Position numbers and translations under genes: made by a program
Shown: positions 49,101 to 62,712 of the stretch, piece by piece
Position numbering within the stretch: position 1 is the first letter of the stretch
Layout: every line of letters begins with the position of its first letter
NCBI GenBank assembly: GCA_028534125.1
Contig: CM052817.1
Coordinates: forward strand, 6,078,001-6,142,000
Length of the DNA: 64,000 bases
Source: Lama glama
Taxonomy: Eukaryota
Direction of reading: 5' to 3'
Notes under the pieces: model-generated
Databases searched by the model: none
Told to the model about the DNA's origin: nothing
The model's input: the letters and a program-made list of their open reading frames with translations, nothing else

Positions 49101-50239
49101 GAGAAAGTGCTTTGGACTCACAGCAGGAAGCAGAAGGCACATCCAGGAGCCATCCTGTCCCGCAGGCCAGTCCCTGAGCCCTGGGGATTTTCTCCTCTGG
49201 AGCTGTGAGTCGCTGTAGCAACCACATGTCCCAAAGCTCCTTGCAGGGGAAAGAGACTATTTTAGGTAAGTAGACTTTGGTCATGCTTCAAACTTCCCAT
49301 TTTAAGGGAGAATAAAAGTCAGAGGCCTTCTCTTTAGAGATGTCACCACCCTTCTCTCTCTCCCCGCACTCAGTCCAGTGCTTCTCTGTCTAAAGAGGCT
49401 GCTGGGGTCGGGGTACCTCATGGTCTAACACCCTGTGGTGCTCCTAGCTGCCTCTGGTGTGTGGAATATAGGGCAGACATCCTCATTCTATGCCAAAAGT
49501 CAGCTACCTTTTAGTGTTAGGTCACAGAAGAACCTTTTTCCTTCCATGCCAAGTCAAAATTTACCACTCACTGTCTATTAATTTGTTGCCCTAACATTCT
49601 TCCCAGGGTCTAATCAACAGCAGTAACCTAAGGAGGGAAGCATGTACAGGCTCTAAAACGAACATATCTTGAGCCAGGAATTGTCCTGAAACTTTGTGAA
49701 ACCTGGAAGGCAGGTTCACGTCACCAGATTTTGCAAAAGAGGAGACTAAGGCTCAAAGGACAAGGAACTTGCTCATTTTTCCACAGTCGTGGAATGCACA
49801 GGCCAGAGTTGAAGTCAGGTCTCTCCTTTTCCACCGTACTCTAGTACCTTCAGTCCCTTCTTTAAGTGACCACCCCAAGGCACCTGCTTCAGGAAGACAT
49901 AACCAATCACAAATGTTAGATGGAAGCTAAGAAAAAAGAATCTGTGGCAAAGAAGCAGTTTGAAGCTCAGTGACAAGTTGCTGCTCTGCCACTGCAACTT
50001 GTCATGCTTTCAGCTCTTCTTGGGTTATTTCTGCTTAGTGAAACATCCATATCTTTATGCACCACTGTTTTATTAAGTGTATTAAACGGGGGAATTGAAT
50101 TCGCAAAACGTACTTTGAAAAGTACAAATGCTCTGCAAACAGAGGCAGTATTAGAATTATTATCATTGTTATGAGCTTTTCTCTTGCTATAGTCTGTGGT
50201 TTTGTTGCTTCATCTAATCTGACTGTTTTATTGTAGACG

Positions 50240-50727
50240 TAGATTTGGCGGAGGCTGCTAATTGCTTTCCCAATATCCATTTCCCCTTCCTTCCTTAATA
50301 ATGAAAGGGTGTTTGTTCCGTGGCAATGTAACCAGCTAAAAACTGCATCTTCCATTTTCCCCAGTGACTGGGGATGATCCACATGAGATAATCTGGGACA
50401 ACTTTCATGTAAGCAGAGATCATTGGATGGACTGTTATGAAAAATCCTTAAAAAGTGGACTTGGCTGGCCAAACATCTGTTTTCCCACCTTTCCTTTTCG
50501 TGTTTGCTTATCTGGAATGAAGAGATAATGGTTGGGATTGGAGTGCCTTGTGACCATGAGGACAACAGCAAGATACTCACAAGGACTTTAAACCAAAGCC
50601 AAAAACACTTACTCTTGAATTTCTTGCTATGAAAGAAAAAAATAAATAAGTAAACTGGCAACTCTTTAAAGTCACCACTATATGGATTTTCTCTTGTGTG
50701 CTGCTAAACTAAATCCCTAAGTGACAC
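50240..50727 (+). mobile_element. MaLR solo LTR (MLT1J-like)
   Basis: 'cccaatatccatttccccttccttcctta...cttgtgaccatgagg...ctaaatccctaagtgacaca'. Confidence 0.65.
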
Positions 50728-50789
50728 AGTCAGCAAAAGGAAGCCAAGTGTGCTTATTGTAAAAACCCTGGACTAGAGGTCTAAGATCT

Positions 50790-51300
50790 CTTAACTGGCC
50801 TTCCAACTGCGATTCCTCCCTATCAGGTCTCCATATTTTAGCCAGAGTGGTCTTTCTGTTGCCTTGCTTAAAAATTCTTCAACAGATTTTCATCGTCCTG
50901 AGGATAAAGTCACAAACTGGGCTCTGGCCTCTGCCCACCTCTCCATCCTCATCACTCATCTCATTGTCACTCTCCTCTGTATCCGCATTAATTGTCTCCC
51001 TGCTCCAATGCACCATGTGGTCCTTTGGTTTTACCTTCTGATATGCTGTTCCTCCTGCTTACAGCATTTCCCCCATCCTGACTCCCTCTTTACCAAAATA
51101 ATATCAAAATAAATGGAACACTACGTATGAATCTCTTCTAGACTGGAATCTTTCATGCCACTGTGATGGCTTGCAATTACTTTTTCAATGTCTTGTCCAC
51201 TAGTCTGTAGATTCAATGAAGGTAGGAGTCCTGCCTGTCTTGTTTAGCGTCATATCTCTGACATTAAGTCTAGTGATTGGTGTAAAGCTGGCACTCAGCC
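50790..51300 (+). mobile_element. L2 LINE 3' fossil
   Basis: 'cagagtggtctttct...cttgcttaaaaattcttcaacagatttt...ctgtagattcaatgaaggtaggagtcctgcctgtcttgttt'. Confidence 0.65.
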
Positions 51301-51337
51301 CACAGTACGGGTGTCAGCTTGAGCAAATCATCTATCA

Positions 51338-51851
51338 TGACTTAGAATTTGCTTTCAGGAGAAACCAAAATTAAGGTTTCAAGTGCAAATAGTTTATTTG
51401 GAAGGTGATCCCCAGGGGGGAAAAAACTGGGGGAATGGAAAAGTGAGACAAAGAAGGAAAGGAAGCTAATAAGGGGGGTGTAATCAAACAATTTTTGATT
51501 ATAGCACTGTAGGGGATAGCTTATCACACTACAAATTCTGAGAGAAAGTGTGGAACACTTCTCAGAGTTACTTACTAGAGGGGGTAGGGAGCTGGGGCAT
51601 GAAGCCGTTGGATCCCACCATCAGCTCCCACCAGGCATTGTCTGAGGGTGGCTGGGTGGGGGTGAGTGTGGCAATAACTCCCAACATTGCTTGCCTGTCT
51701 GGTACGCAGGCAGAGAACATTTGTCTGCCAGAGGAAACCGAGCCTTCAGGGAGTGAAGCTGCATACTGGCAACTGGAAGTGAGGCATGTCCATGGGTGGC
51801 AAGTGCTGCTGGGATAAGAGGTAAGAGTGGGCACCCATGGTGTCTGCCACG
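51338..51851 (-). mobile_element. ERVL solo LTR (LTR16-like)
   Basis: 'aaggtttcaagtgcaaatagtttatttggaaggtgatccc...gtgagacaaagaaggaaaggaagctaataag...tgtctgccac'. Confidence 0.7.
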
Positions 51852-52374
51852 TCTCCGCACATGTTTCAACCAAGGCTCTTCACTGATAGAATGGACATGA
51901 CAACCACCTAGGACATTTCTGCAGCATGAATGAAGCGCTGACTGCATTTGGAGCATAGCTCTTCCGATAAATCATTCATCAAACAATATTGTTACACGTG
52001 GTTCTATTTCCCTGAGAGTGGGAACGTTCATTTCTTCTTAGGTTGAAGTTGTAACCTCATTTTTATCATGTACCAAGTAGGGCCCTGCCAAGTCACCTGG
52101 AGAGGAGATCTGATGGGGATTATATGCATCTCTTTGCTGACTAGCTAATAGTTGTAACAAGTGGGGAAAAGATCTAGCCCAAACCTTGTGCTGAGAGGTG
52201 GTGGGCACTATGGACAGAGGTAAGTCTCTCCAGTCAAGTAGACATGTGCCTCTTCTTCCCAGATATAAATTGGGAATCGACCTCTCCTCATTTATAAAAT
52301 AGGGATGATAATTTTTAAATGCATGTTCATTAAGAAGACTTACGAGGCAGGTGGCAAAGATTGGAGGATTAAAG

Positions 52375-52575
52375 AATGCAAGGCAGTATAGAAACAGAGG
52401 TTTTGCGGTCAGATTATCTGGGTTCCTGTTTCCGCTACACCACATTTGGAACATCTCCTGATCAAAGCTTCAGTTTTCTCATCTGTTTAATGGGCATAGT
52501 AATAGCCTTGCTTCGTTATTTTGTTTTAAGGATGAATGAAGTACACGAGAAGTTACTGGCACTAAGAAATAATAA
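52375..52575 (+). mobile_element. MIR SINE fossil
   Basis: 'gcttcagttttctcatctgtttaatgggcatagtaatag...aggatgaatga'. Confidence 0.65.
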
Positions 52576-53471
52576 GGCCTAATTGCAATTATTTCTGTTG
52601 GCATGTTGGTATTAATCTTGTTACTATTTTTGAAACAATGATTTCTGTGTAGTTTTCACTGGCCTTGCAACTTCATTCTTGTGATCACTACAAGAAGTGA
52701 ACACATCTTTTGATGATAAACTTTGACTTGAATTTTTTATGTGAAACTCTATGTGCAGACCACCATTAAATGACTTTGGGGTTTTTAATCATTTGGGAAG
52801 TTTCAGTTTAGAAGAGGGCCTGGGGCTTCAAATGATCCCTAGAGAAAGAGTGGGTGATGATTTGGTGTTCAATCTTAAAGCTTCCATCTTTTACTCACCC
52901 CAGATATTTTCTTCTCGTTTCACCATCACTATCTTGCTGATGGCTGGATCTAAATGACATATTTCCATAAATTATTCTGGCTAACCAGGAGCCATCAGTC
53001 CTTCGCTGAGGGTCAAGTCACTAAATGGTAAAATTGGTAATAGTCCTTGCTGGCCTAACCCGCATCACTTCTCAAACTCTGATAAGTGTTGGTCTAGCAC
53101 ATTTACACATTACCCTGAGATGCCTGCAAGTTACTTTAGCCTTAAGGTGCAGAGCTGACACATTAATAAGGATGCCTTTTACATTTAGGCTATCAGAAAT
53201 CTCCTTTCAACCATGACTTTAATTGCCCAACACAGATGGAAGTCAAGTTTGCAGGAAGCAGAATGTTCATTCATAAGAAGGGCCAGAAGTTCAATGCACT
53301 TTCTATGGGAGGCACAGCGTTAACTTTTAAAGATCAAACTCCAATCAGATTTGTCATGGCATTTTAGAACTTGAAGAGATCTAAGGAGTCTTCTAGCTAT
53401 AATTGCCTTCTTTTACAGATGAAGCACATCAGGCTCAGAGGGGTTAACTAATTGCCCAAGGTCATACATGG

Positions 53472-53638
53472 CAGCACTTCTCAAACCGTAATAAGAGTAA
53501 GAACCGCCTGAAGGGATCTTGCTGCAGAGCAGATTCTGATTCAGTAGGTCTGAGGCAGGTCTTGAGATTCTGCATTTCTAACAGGGTTCCCAGAGCTGCA
53601 ACGACTGCTGGTCCATGGACCACTCTGTGAGTAGCAAG
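53472..53638. mobile_element. MER5A MITE inserted into an antisense MIR
   Basis: 'gcagattctgattcagtaggtctgaggcagg...gagattctgcatttctaaca...ctgctggtccatggaccac'. MIR core 'ttttacagatgaagcac...gcccaaggtcatac' lies directly upstream. Confidence 0.75.
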
Positions 53639-53874
53639 GATATTCCATGAGGGAAATAAGGAGTCAGAATTTTTTGGATACCCAATTTACTGTTTTATTT
53701 TACCACCTGGATTATCCCTGAAAACCACAAAGGCTTAGAGTGATGACTCTTGTTCATCACTTGGGGAGGAATGGTATGCTTTTTAATTAACTGGAGTCTG
53801 AATCTGAAAAAGGTTCAAGTTCGTTGTTAACAAATAGATTGTTTAGTCAATTTAAATGTCATCAAAGTGCCCAG

Positions 53875-54085
53875 AGTTTCTCAGAAAACTAATAACAGAA
53901 CTATTGTATGATCCAACAGTGTCACTCCTGGATATTTATCCAAAGAAAATAAAAACTCTCATTTGAAAAGATATATGCACCTCAGTGTTCATAGCAGCAT
54001 TATTTACAATAGCCAAGATATGATATGCAAACAACCTAAGTGTCTGTCAACAGATGAATAGATAAAGAAGAGATATATATACACC
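53875..54085 (+). mobile_element. L1 ORF2 3' fragment
   Basis: 'gtatgatccaacagtgtcactcctggatatttatccaaag...tgttcatagcagcattatttacaatagccaagat'. Confidence 0.8.
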
Positions 54086-54969
54086 ACCATACTATATGTA
54101 TACACTAATTCTCTCATCTTCTGTCTTAGTATGAAGAGTCTAGGTCATGCTGGACATTCTGCTGAACATCATGCTGGTCCACAATGTTGATGAGCCCATG
54201 GAATGAGGGTGATGTGGTTAATACATTGGAAACCTTGCTGAGATACATGTGCTCCAGTGAACAGGAGATACATTCTTCAAAGATTCAAGACTACCACTCC
54301 TCAGATACTCCTTTTCAGTCAAGGTACAGAAGAAAAACACCAAAATATTCATATGCATCTAGAGTTCTTATCCCCACAGCAATCCTCCTATTGTAGAATT
54401 TTAAAATGGCCTATTTTATTTTAATCTCTGTCTCTTCATGGGTTTTAAGCCATATGAAAACCTGACCAACCATGACTAAGTTGGACACTTGGACTTCCTT
54501 CCTGTTACAGAGAGAGATGTTTGATCTTGCTGATGAAGTGAAGTGATAGATGTATCTGTTATGTAACAAACCCAACAAATATTAGCAGGTCCATTTGATA
54601 TTAACTATTGTTGCTCAACAAATCCTTACTTGAGTGCCTATTACATCTCAAGCTCAGTTAAAGAATGAATCTTATAACACCAGAACCAATGAACACCTGA
54701 ATTTAATCCTAATAGCATTGTTTTGAAGATAAAATGAGTTCGTGTATATTAAGTACTTAGAACAATTTCTAGCACATATTTATTGCTCAAAAGTTAATTA
54801 CTATTAGATTAATGTTTATTTTCTTTGGATAAAAATGTAAACATATTTTGGGTTTGACCTTCTAGGGAACATAGAGTCAACATGAGTTATAGAGCATAAG
54901 AGAAAGTTTTAGGAAGATTAGTCTGGCAGAGGTCCAGGAAAGAAGAGTAGATGAAAAGACAGGTTAGAT

Positions 54970-55168
54970 CAGAGTATCTCACCCCTGGCATTTTTGATCA
55001 TTGGGTCAGATAATGCTTTGTTGTAGGGTCTCCAGTTTTCCTTGTAGGATATTTAGCGGCATCTTCACGCTCCAATAGCAGCTCCTCTGTAGTGACAACA
55101 AAAAAATGTCCCCAGACACTGGCCAATTGTGCCCTGGGGTAAAATTGCTTGTGGCTGAGAAGCACTTC
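54970..55168. mobile_element. MER20 hAT-Charlie MITE
   Basis: 'cagataatgctttgttgtaggg...tgtaggatatttagcggcatc...gtgacaacaaaaaatgtccccagacac...gctgagaagcact'. Confidence 0.8.
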
Positions 55169-55419
55169 ACTAGATGGAAGAAGGGATATGCTTGAGTTGG
55201 GGCAGGAATAGAGGAACAGGATAAAAGATATTGTAAGGAGGGATGGGGGAACTTGGTGGTTAATTGAGAGACATCAAAGGAAAGAAGAGAGTGAAGATGA
55301 TCCCAAATTTCGTGTCTGTTCCCTAAATACTTGGGGTAATGGTGATAACGTATATGCAAAGAGGAAAGATTGTTTATAGAAAAAGTAGGTAAGTTCTTTT
55401 TTTAATTAAAAAAATTCCA

Positions 55420-56040
55420 GTGCAACACCAATGTTCATAGCATACTATTTACAATAGCCAAGACATGGAAACAACCTAAATGTCCATCAACAGATGACTG
55501 GATAAGGAAGTTGTGGTATATTTATACAATGAAATACTACTCAGCCATAAAAAGAATAAAATAATGATGCCATCTGCAGCAACATGGATGGATCTGGAGA
55601 ATTTCATTCTAAGTCAATTAAGCCAGAAAGAAAGAAAAATACTGTATGGTATCACTCATATGTGAAAACTAAAAAAAAAAAAAAAAAAAAAAACAAGACA
55701 AATGAACTCATATGTAAAACAGAAACAGACTCACAGACACAGAATACAGATTTGTGGTTGCCAGAGGGGAAGGGGGTGAGAAGGGATAAAGTAGGAATTT
55801 GAGATTTGCAGATACTGACTGATATATATAAAATAGATAAAAATTTTATAGTATATAGCACAGGGAAAAATATTCAATATCTTGTAGTAGCTTACAGTGA
55901 AAATGAATATGAAAATGAATATATATATATATTCCTGTATAACTGAAACATTGTGCTGTACACCAGAAATTGACACAACACTGTAAACTGACTATACCCC
56001 AATTAAAAAAAAATAGTTCAATCCAGTAGTCCAAAAAAAA
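55420..56040 (+). mobile_element. 5'-truncated, relatively young LINE-1 3' end
   Basis: 'caatgttcatag...gactggataaggaagttgtggtatatttatacaatg' plus a 3'UTR similar to the 25760 and 43791 copies. Degenerate TSD 55409-55424 / 56035-56050. Confidence 0.9.
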
Positions 56041-56079
56041 TTTCGGTGGAAAATCCTTGGAAGTTAATAATTGCATTCT

Positions 56080-56285
56080 TTTGGTTCCAGGTGGCTTTGC
56101 ATACATCATCTCCTTTAATATACATAACTACCTGACAAGGTAAGGCATTCTTTTTCTTTCTCTGTACACATTATGAAATCCTGAGACTAAGTGACCTTCT
56201 CAAGGTCACAAGGCTTGTAAGTGGTTGAGGATGGTTTGGACCCACGTGTTCTGACTTGAAGATCCATGCTTTGCCCATAGCCCTC
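56080..56285 (-). mobile_element. MIR SINE fossil
   Basis: 'gactaagtgaccttctcaaggtcacaaggcttgtaagtgg...ttctgacttgaagatccatgc'. Confidence 0.6.
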
Positions 56286-56939
56286 CTCTGCCTTCTTGGG
56301 GGTACAGAAGTGAGTTCTAAGGGAAGGTGATTTGGCAGGTCCCAAATCAGCATAAAGGATGAAAGAGGCTCACTCTTCTCAGGCAGTTAGGGTAACAGAA
56401 CTACTGTGCTTTGGATTTGCTATAGTCAGCTGAAGTGGTGCCGTGGCTTTTACATGGCTGCAGTCCCAGACAGGGGCCTTGCATTCTCTCTTGCATCTGG
56501 CCTTTCCCAGCAAACAGACAACTTCAACCTGCAGTTGGAACCCAACACCCGATGCACACACACCACCAGTGAATCATATGGCTGCGTTTTCCTGCCTTTA
56601 AACAGAAGGCGGATTTTGGCAACAGGGTGCTAATTCCACCTCCAAGTAACTGTTACTCATGTGCTCTCTTCAAGAGCTGTGTTGTTTCAGTCATGTTAAG
56701 ATCCCACCCTCCCCCCTTTTTTTCTTTTGTTTTTGTAAATTAGAGCAGGTGAATCTGGCATGAGGGATGGACCAGAGATGGACATTAGGCCAGTGAGCAC
56801 AGCAATGTGAGCCTTCTCCCTGCTACGGTGAAGTCATTTTTCTTGAGAATTACACTGCATGTGTTAGCTCTCAAAATACATAGCTTTAGCACAATCACTT
56901 AGAGCAAAAATGAAAGGTAAGTGTTAACCCAATGACAAC

Positions 56940-57350
56940 CTTCTGCAGAAAGTGATTCAAAAGCCACAGGGTATATACTGACATACACAAAAGTTGTCTC
57001 AGAAAGGATTCACAATAAGTTATTAACAATGGTTGCTTCTGGGGAGAATCAGCATAGAATAAGGTCAAAACAACTTACTTTTCACTGTATATATTTTTTG
57101 GACATTTGAGTTCTTCATCATGTGAATGCATTATTTGAAAAAGAAGCACATTGTGGTACAAACTGCTAGAAAGATAATGGGGTGTGAGCATTGAGCAGAA
57201 GCAGGGATGTGAGGGTCTCTGGAGGCCAAGTTAATGTTCTGTTTCTTGAGCTGGAGGTTGATTAGCCAGATGTGTGCACTTTGTGAAAATTCATCAAGCT
57301 GTCCAGCAGATGAGACTGGCTCTTCTCTCTAAGCATGCTATTATTTTAAG
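56940..57350 (+). mobile_element. Old L1 (L1ME-like) 3'UTR fragments
   Basis: 'attaacaatggttgcttctgggg', 'aatgttctgtttcttgagctggagg...tgtgtgcactttgtgaaaattcatcaagctgt'. Confidence 0.55.
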
Positions 57351-57603
57351 AAAACATTCAATATGTTTAAAGAGTTAAACAACCAAAACCAACAAAAAAA
57401 TGTCTTTAAGAGTAAATTTGGTAGACTGAGTGATTCATTTATTTATGCATTTATTTAGTTTAAAAAAAAACCCAACGTGTATCTCATGAGTTTACTTGGG
57501 ACATGAACTGAGAATACAAAAGTGGCTAAGGCAGGATGCCTCTTCTTGAGAAGGCGTAGCCTTGTGATGGGGAAAAGACGTTATATTACAATGAAGCAAG
57601 GCT

Positions 57604-58460
57604 GTGTGTGCAATTGCTGTTGCTATTGCAACTGATCACCACACACTTGGTGGCTTGAATCAACACAAGATTATTATCTTGTTATTCTGGAGGTCAGAAG
57701 TACAGCCTGGCCTCATTGGGTTAAAATCAAAGGGTGTTCCTCTGGAGGCTGTAGAGAAGAATCTGCTCCTTTGCCTTTTCCAGATTCCAGAGGCTGCCCA
57801 CGTTCACTGGCCCACGGTTTCCTCCTTCATCTTCAAAGTGCATAGCTCCAAGCTCTGCTTCTATTGTCACATGTCTTTTTCTGATTGTGGGTCATTTGCT
57901 TCCCTCTTTTCACTCCTTCACGTGGTGGGCAATTACACTGTACCCTCCAAGAACATCCAGAATTATCTCTCTAGATTCAGATCTTTAATAAGTCTGTACA
58001 GTCCCTTTTGTCTTGTAAAATAACAAATTCAAAGGTTCTGCAGATTCAGATGAGACTGTCTTTGGAGGTACCACTGCTATTAAAGTTGTTATGTAATAGT
58101 TGCCCCTCCCCCGCAAATTCATATGTAGAAACCCATCCCCCCGGGTGAAGGTATTTGGAGGTGGAGTCTTTAGAAGATGATTAGATCATGAGGTTGCAGT
58201 CCTCATGAATGGGATTAGTGCCCTTATCAAAGAAACCTCAGGAGATCCTTTTCTCTTCTGCCATGTAAGGACACAGGTTAAAGATGGAGTCTGTGACCCA
58301 AGGAGGGGGCTCTCACCAGACACCAAATCTGCTGGTGCATTGATCTTGAACTTCTCAGCCCCCAGAGTTATAAGAAATAGATCTCTGCTGTTTATAAGCC
58401 ACTCAATCTATGATATTCTGTTATAGCTGCTTGAACTCACTAAGATATCTGTCTACCATA
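57604..58460 (-). mobile_element. MaLR solo LTR (MLT1C/D-like), interrupted near its 5' end
   Basis: 'cacacacttggtggcttgaatcaacacaag...tttgccttttccagattccagaggctgcccac...tccttcatcttcaaag'. Terminal 'tctgtctaccata' resumes at 58448. Confidence 0.75.
58087..58447 (+). mobile_element. MaLR solo LTR (MLT1A-like)
   Basis: tgttatg... 'aaattcatatgtagaa...ggtatttggaggtgg...catgaatgggattagtgccctta...gtttataagccactca...cactaagata'. Confidence 0.82.
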
Positions 58461-60118
58461 GTGTGTGATATAATTGGCTTAAAATAAGTGAGTCAAAGGG
58501 GAAGCAGCCAGAATAGTCAGTGTGGGACGTTGGTGGGGATGGGAGTAGCAGGTAGCAGGTCACACGTCCAGTGATCTGAAGGAAGAGTAAGAAGTCAGAT
58601 GGAGACAGGTGTGCCGACGGCCCTGAGGGATGCCAGAGATGAGAAGTCCCCTGTACAGGCTGCCATGTTGGTGTAATCTAGGAGGCTTGCCCACATCCAG
58701 CCACCATGAAGGGGTTTCCTGTGAAATGCAGCCTTTTCACCCAATCTGAATGATGAGTAGGAAATAAATGGGAAAGAAGAGTGGAGGGAGAGCATTTCAG
58801 GCAGAGGGATCAACCTGTGGAAAAGTCAGTGCCGTGATGGGGAGCAAGCACAGGAAATATGAGAAGCTGACGGGTGACATGGTGGCCAGGCTCAAGGAGA
58901 GAGAGCTGAGGGAAAATGTCAGGATGAAGACAGACAATGCCTTTCCCGTGGCTTGGAAGACCCTGCATCTCCTGATTACTGTCTGATTCAATTGCCTCTT
59001 CTTTTAAGGGGAATGAGAAGACAAAATGGATTCTAAGCAGAGGAGAACATCTCCCAGGGGTCAAAGCCTCGAGCTTAGGAAAGTAACGGCAGCTCTGAGA
59101 TTTCAGGTCGCACCTTGCAGGAGGGAGCAATTTCAGGTGAGCAGGGCCCATTGAAATCTCACCTGTTTCTAGACAGTTCCTCATCAGTAGCATCTTCATG
59201 ATGACAGACAGTAACACACCGGCACAGAGTTTTTGGAAGCTTGAGAGAAAAACAATTTAACTTTGCCAAGTGTCTTTTTCACGATCTAAAAATGACCTTC
59301 AAGTTGATACGCTTTGCAGGTTGTTTAATATGCGAGAGGGGTTGCAAATTATGAATTATGTCTTTGTCATCGTCTTGATTTCTGTGCAATTAAGGCTATT
59401 CGCTTCCTTTCTTCTAGGTAACACCAGAGTTAGGGGGCCTGTGACTGTGAATACTATGTATACCTGTGTTAGTTTTTCATCATAGTAGTTGTCCTGGCAT
59501 TCAATTTCTTCTCTGGCTATGCCCGTTCTAGCTTTCCAAACTATTCTAATATTCCCAGAGTGAATTCTATATTCCAGCCAGATATCTTTATTTTCTATTT
59601 CCCTGAATAAACATTTTACTTCTCTACCTCCCTGCCTTTCCTCCCGCCATCATCCCACCCACCATCCCTGGAACAGACAACCCCCTCTTCAGAGCCCCCG
59701 TGCTTGCAGCACTCAGTGAAGCTTTTCCTAACTGAGCCAAGATGCAAAATAGTCTTCTCCCTTAGTTCTTCTGACATTTTTGGGGCAGTGATGTGGGGTG
59801 GAGGAACATGAACTTTGAAATTCATAAGTCCAGGCTGGCCGTTGAATAGCTTGAAGGAAATGATCTAGTCCCTCTGATTTTCATTTTCTCTACTTTCAAA
59901 TCAGCAAACCAAAGCAAAATGAAACTATATTCAAGAGGGAAAATGCTCTTCAACAACCATCTGCCTACACTTTGTTCTGCTTTCTTAAGGATTGGAAAAG
60001 TGTCTTTAGGGTTAGTTGGCTATATTTACCAATATGCCTTGATGGATCCAATTGGGTGTGAAAGCTGATGACTTCCTCTGCCCAAAGGCAATGTCAAAGT
60101 AGAAGAGCAAGGACAAAA

Positions 60119-60543
60119 TAGTTAAGGTTCTTAGAGGAACAGAAATAATAGGACACACGTTCTCTTACACACACACATATGCATATATATATGAATTTTA
60201 TTTTAAAGAATTGGCTCATTCAGCTATGAATTTGGCAAATCTAAAATCCTCAGGGAGGCAGCCCGGAAAGTCTATCAAGAGTTGATGTTGCAGTCTTGAG
60301 TCCAAAGGCAGTCTGGAGGCATCCTTCCTCATTGGGGGACACCAGTCTTTTCTCTTTAAGGTTTTCAGCTAATCGGAATAAGCCTACCCACATCATGAAG
60401 GATTATCTGCTTTATTCAACATCTAATGAGTTAAATGTTAATCCCATTTTAAAATACTTTCATAACAATATTTAGACTGCTGCTTGACCAAAGAAGTAGA
60501 TACCATAGCCCAGACAAGTTGGCGCATACAATTAACCATCACA
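60119..60543 (-). mobile_element. MLT2-family ERVL solo LTR
   Basis: 'tttattttaaagaattggctca...ttgatgttgcagtcttgagtccaaaggcagtctggaggca...gttaaatgttaatccc...aattaaccatcaca'. Confidence 0.8.
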
Positions 60544-62254
60544 AGAAGTGTTATGTTCTGCTAAGAACTTCACAGGAATTAGATGTTCCCGAGGGCAGCT
60601 AAAGAAGCTGGAAGTAGTTGTGGAAAAGTGGTAGAAGTAGCAGAGCTCAAGATATTTGAGGCCGTCTTGGAGAGGGGGCCCTGCGTAACATGATAGAAAG
60701 TAATCAGGAATGAGAAGATGCCGGTGAGATTTCCCCAATATTATGCAAGGCAAAGTGGCTAAGTATGCCCAAATATTTATTTTTTTAGGAATATCATTCT
60801 GTGGTGTGTTCAGTAAAATCCTTACCTTTTAATCCCAAACTCCAGCAATCTCTGAAAAGTATTTATTTTGTGGTCACTTTGGAGAACTAAAGGAGAAAGG
60901 GGCTGTCTGGATATCTGAGTTGTATGACAACAAGTCCACTGTAGGAAGTGAGACAGAAATGAGATCTGCAGCCCAGCAGAGGAAGGAAACTGGAGCTGGA
61001 ATGGAATAGGAGGTGAAGTCACTAGACCTCTCATGGCAGACGATGGGCTCTGTACTTTATGGAGAATGAGGTATAAGCTATTTTATTGAACTTCAGGACA
61101 TGTGACCTCAGAAGACAAGAACATTTAAGGATACTTAGGCGAGTGACATCTGGGTTTCAACATTTTGCAGAATTTCTGGGATAATTAAATTAGGAGTGTA
61201 TCTCCAGACTCAGACAAAGCCTAGCACATAGCAGGGACTCAGTAAGCAGCAATGTTTGTTGTTCGTACCTTCGCCATAGGCATTAACGTGTAATAGTTAT
61301 TTGTGAACATGTCTTATCTGTCTGATCTCTGTGATTACTTTGTAATTCCTAAAATACAGAGACTGTGTCTCACTGGCCATTTCATAAATATTTATAGACA
61401 CTTGTGACTTGAAAGCACAGTGCAGAACACCTAGGAGACACCAAGATGAACCCACTGATCTCTCACATGGATTCATAATTTGAAAGGGGGGATAAAGTGC
61501 ACAGAGATGATTTCAATGATTTCAACTATGAGAGTTACAAAGCCGCTTCTCAAACAGTGGCCCTTGATTTTTTTTCTTGACCCATACAAAACTTTAATGT
61601 TTTTTTTCAATTTGGTTCAATATTTCAAAATCTGGAAGTTCTACATAAAAATCAGGAATTTGTTAAAGTTTCTTTTGAAAAAATGGGAAATGTGCCTATT
61701 GTAGTCCCAGTACCAATGGGTCTTTAATAATGTTAAATGAATTAAATGAGTTAATGAATAAATTAAGAAATAAAGGATGATTAAGTGTAGTCACCAGTAT
61801 ATCAAAATTCTGTTTGCTCTAAGAAAGCAGGAACTGTCTGTCTTGTATGTCTTTATACCCACAGTACATTAGAACATAACATTGGCTCAACGCACATTTA
61901 TTGGCTTAACGATGAGTCTTACCTTGAAGAACAGTAGGAGATCTGCAGAACCTGCTGATTTGAAAGCTCTGCTAGATGCCAAGGGAGGTGTCTAAAAGTA
62001 GCCTCCTGCTCCTTTGACCATATTTATGAGAACCTGAGGGTCTATTTAATGCCATGGGCCAAGAGGAAGGAGTCAAACCAACAGGAAAGGGACAAACTGT
62101 GAGCCAAATTCCCAAAGATACCTTTATGGGAAACAACATGGAACTATGTCAAGAATTGCAACAATACCATTAATCGAGAGCTTGAAGGATACCAACTGCT
62201 GAGCTAAACATGTTTGCATGCAGCCCATTTAATCTCTCCAACAACCCAGTGGTT

Positions 62255-62712
62255 TTATGTTTCAGTTATCTATGACAGTAATAATGCTGCAAAACACAAA
62301 GCTACAAAAGCCACTGTAAGAGATGATTATTGCTGGAGTTCGATGAGAGAAAACAAGGCGGTTCTGCTGATCATAGCCAGCTCACTCGTGTCTGAGGGTC
62401 AGCTGGTTATTGGCTGATCCAGCCAGACTTTGGTTCGAGTGAGTCTACTCCACGTGCCTCTCATCCTCCAGCAGGTGAGCCCCAGGATGTGTCAGCGGTA
62501 GTAGAAGACCTGCAAGGGCACAAGCAGATCTGTATTAGAACTTTATCAAGCCTCCATTTGGATTATATTTTTCACGTTATGTTGGCCAAAGCATATCACT
62601 AGGCTGGTCCAGATTCACAGGGTAGGGGGACAGGTTGTGCTTCTTTAGTGAGGAACTTCATAGTTGCAGGCGAAGGGTGTGGATATTTGGAGGATGAAGA
62701 ATAGTAGCTACT
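62255..62712 (-). mobile_element. MaLR solo LTR (MLT1H-like) inside a MIR
   Basis: 'gcggttctgctgatc...actccacgtgcctctcatcctccagcagg...ttggccaaagca...aagggtgtggata'. Confidence 0.65.

Noticed and set aside
50035..50661. 208-aa ORF on the minus strand
   Set aside because: Mostly antisense to an MLT1J-like LTR, with no protein-like features.
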